A stretch of DNA of 64,000 nt from an uncultured Clostridia bacterium (GTDB lineage: Bacteria; Bacillota; Clostridia; Christensenellales; CAG-138): contig CAMVNO010000001.1 in NCBI GenBank assembly GCA_947168855.1, positions 137,077 to 201,076 of the forward strand, written 5' to 3'. Under the pieces are notes generated by a model that searched no databases, was not told where the DNA came from, and worked only from the letters and a program-made list of their open reading frames with translations. Below, one piece after another: positions 62,591-64,000 of this stretch. The number at the start of each line of letters is the position of its first letter. Position 1 is the first letter of the stretch. Made by a program: the position numbers and the translations under genes.

Positions 62591-63525
62591 TCTTTTTCTC
62601 CGGCAGCGCAGACCGACTCGATGAACAACAGAACATCGTTGTACACTTCCTTGCGGTTCGTCTCGTTCAGCATTTCATGACGTCCTTCCGGATACAGCTT
62701 CATGGTAACCTTATGTCCGCTCTTCAAAAGCCACTGGTTGACCTGTTTGACGCCTTTGCCCATATTGCCCACCGGATCGTTGGATCCCGCCAGCAGGAAG
62801 ATGGGACGATTCGGAACGCGCTTTGCCCAGTTCAGATTGGAGACCTCCCCCAGTCCCGTAAACAGGTCGTAAAACGCGCACGAGGTAAACACGAAACCGC
62901 AAAGCGGATCCTCTACATACCGGTCGACCGACGCAGTATCACGGGAAAGCCAATCGAATTCGGTTCTCGGATCCTTGAACTTTTTATTGTAGCCGCCGAA
63001 TCCGAGCTTGTTCAGCGTATCATTCGGAACATTGCCCTTTCCCTTTTTGATCGCGCTTTTCGCAATCATTTTCGCAACGGGGATAGCGGGATTGCCGCCT
63101 GCCGTTCCGGAAAAAACGAACGCATCAAAATCAACGCCCATCCGACCGGCATACGTTCTTGCAAGAAAGCTGCCCATCGAATGACCGAAGAGGATGCAAG
63201 CCATGGAAGGATGATCCTTCATCACGGCGTCATGCATGGTTTTGTTGTCTTTGATGAGATTATCCCAGCCGTTCTTGTCTCCGAAATATCCCTTCGGCTG
63301 ATCTTTGCCGATCGATTTGCCATGGCCGGGAAGATCCATGCCGTAAACCAGGAACCCATTTTCGGCAAGAAACATGGCAAAATCATGATATCGTTCGATG
63401 TGTTCCGCCATGCCGTGAATGATCTGTACGCAGGCGCGCGGATCGTCCGGCGCCCAGATACGGTAGCGAACATCGCAGATTCCTGTCGCAGACGGGAACT
63501 TTTTATCACGAACAACAATGCCCAT
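62587..63525 (-). CDS. alpha/beta hydrolase (lysophospholipase/monoacylglycerol-lipase-like)
   Basis: IIHGMAEHIERY, DLPGHGKS and the nucleophile elbow GHSMGS. ATG at 63525 follows GGAGG. Confidence 0.8.
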   Translation of the reverse strand: MGIVVRDKKFPSATGICDVRYRIWAPDDPRACVQIIHGMAEHIERYHDFAMFLAENGFLVYGMDLPGHGKSIGKDQPKGYFGDKNGWDNLIKDNKTMHDAVMKDHPSMACILFGHSMGSFLARTYAGRMGVDFDAFVFSGTAGGNPAIPVAKMIAKSAIKKGKGNVPNDTLNKLGFGGYNKKFKDPRTEFDWLSRDTASVDRYVEDPLCGFVFTSCAFYDLFTGLGEVSNLNWAKRVPNRPIFLLAGSNDPVGNMGKGVKQVNQWLLKSGHKVTMKLYPEGRHEMLNETNRKEVYNDVLLFIESVCAAGEKE

Positions 63526-63585
63526 ATGCATTCCTCCGCATAATATTGATAGTGTATCATACCACATATGCGGAAAAAGTGCAAG

Positions 63586-64000
63586 TCAAAGCTGGATTTT
63601 TTCGTCGGCAGAAAGCAGATTTGCGTCGCCTGGATCATGCGAAACAACGATGGCAAGCTTTGCCGTGCGAATCAGCTGCACCGCCTTTCGCTTATTCTCT
63701 TCATCCAGGCCCGCGAATGGTTCGTCCAGCAAAACGATATCACTTGAAAATGCGAATGCACGCGCAAGAGAAACGCGCTGCTTTTGTCCTCCGGAAAGAG
63801 AACCTGCTCTGATTTTCAGTTCGCTGCCCATGTTTAAATCGGTCAGAATTCTTTCCGCTGTTGTCATATCCGAAACAATCGCAACATTCTCAAGCGCAGT
63901 CAAGCGGTCAAGAAGGCGCGGTTCCTGAAATACAACTGAAATCTTCCGGCCATTGAGTCCTTCAACGGTGCCTTTATCCGGCTTCTGCAATCCGCACAGC
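63586..64000 (-). CDS. ABC transporter ATP-binding protein, partial (N-terminus beyond window end)
   Basis: LSGGQKQRVSLARA (signature motif), VLLDEPFAGLD (Walker B) and the H-loop SHD. The ORF is open at the window edge. Confidence 0.8.
   Translation of the reverse strand, partial: LCGLQKPDKGTVEGLNGRKISVVFQEPRLLDRLTALENVAIVSDMTTAERILTDLNMGSELKIRAGSLSGGQKQRVSLARAFAFSSDIVLLDEPFAGLDEENKRKAVQLIRTAKLAIVVSHDPGDANLLSADEKIQL

Noticed and set aside
39525-63543. Long opposite-strand ORFs in host genes: 39525..40514(-), 50871..51719(+), 53835..54818(+), 59594..60268(+), 61173..61901(+) and 62323..63543(+).
   Set aside because: Each is antisense to a gene with unmistakable family motifs (PBP, MutL, MutS, YloV, YebC, hydrolase) and has an atypical R/H/C-rich composition.

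Overview
This 64-kb window comes from a Gram-positive, spore-forming, Clostridia-like chromosome. Host markers include tandem alpha/beta SASP genes, DegV, YlbF/YmcA, the miaB-mutS-mutL-miaA block, recG-yloV-asp23 and lexA. A prophage of about 34.6 kb (4628-39235), an HK97-like siphovirus, interrupts the host sequence. It is bounded by a 10-bp direct repeat (TCTGGTGGAG) that rebuilds the 3' end of a host tRNA-Ala(GGC). It sits between folA with its terminator and that tRNA. The prophage has four parts. The first is a minus-strand lysogeny operon (cI-like repressor, membrane-tethered DEDDh exonuclease-BRCT protein, large serine recombinase). The second is a divergent operator/promoter region with four palindromic repeats. 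The third is a plus-strand early region of small, translationally coupled genes. That region also carries two long GC-rich structured non-coding stretches, a ParB-like protein, a Dam methylase, a tRNA(CAU) and an HUH-type Rep candidate followed by iteron-like repeats. The fourth is a complete late module: HNH, TerS, TerL, portal, ClpP-like protease, capsid, connectors, tail, frameshifted chaperone, tape measure, Dit/Tal, fibres and a lysis cassette. Host flanks are ordinary housekeeping genes: thyA-folA, a class A PBP, a two-component system, rnhA, an XerS-like recombinase next to lexA, the mismatch-repair block and others. The items most worth a second look are listed here. (1) The membrane-anchored exonuclease-BRCT gene co-transcribed with the repressor. 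(2) The 440-nt structured intergenic element flanked by 49-nt direct repeats. (3) The integrase ORF that reads across attL, so its C-terminal tail changes on integration. (4) The HUH Rep plus tandem-repeat region in a tailed prophage with no other recognisable replication genes. (5) A perfect 16-6-16 palindrome directly upstream of the XerS-like recombinase. All functional calls rest on motifs I could read in the translations. No database search was run.
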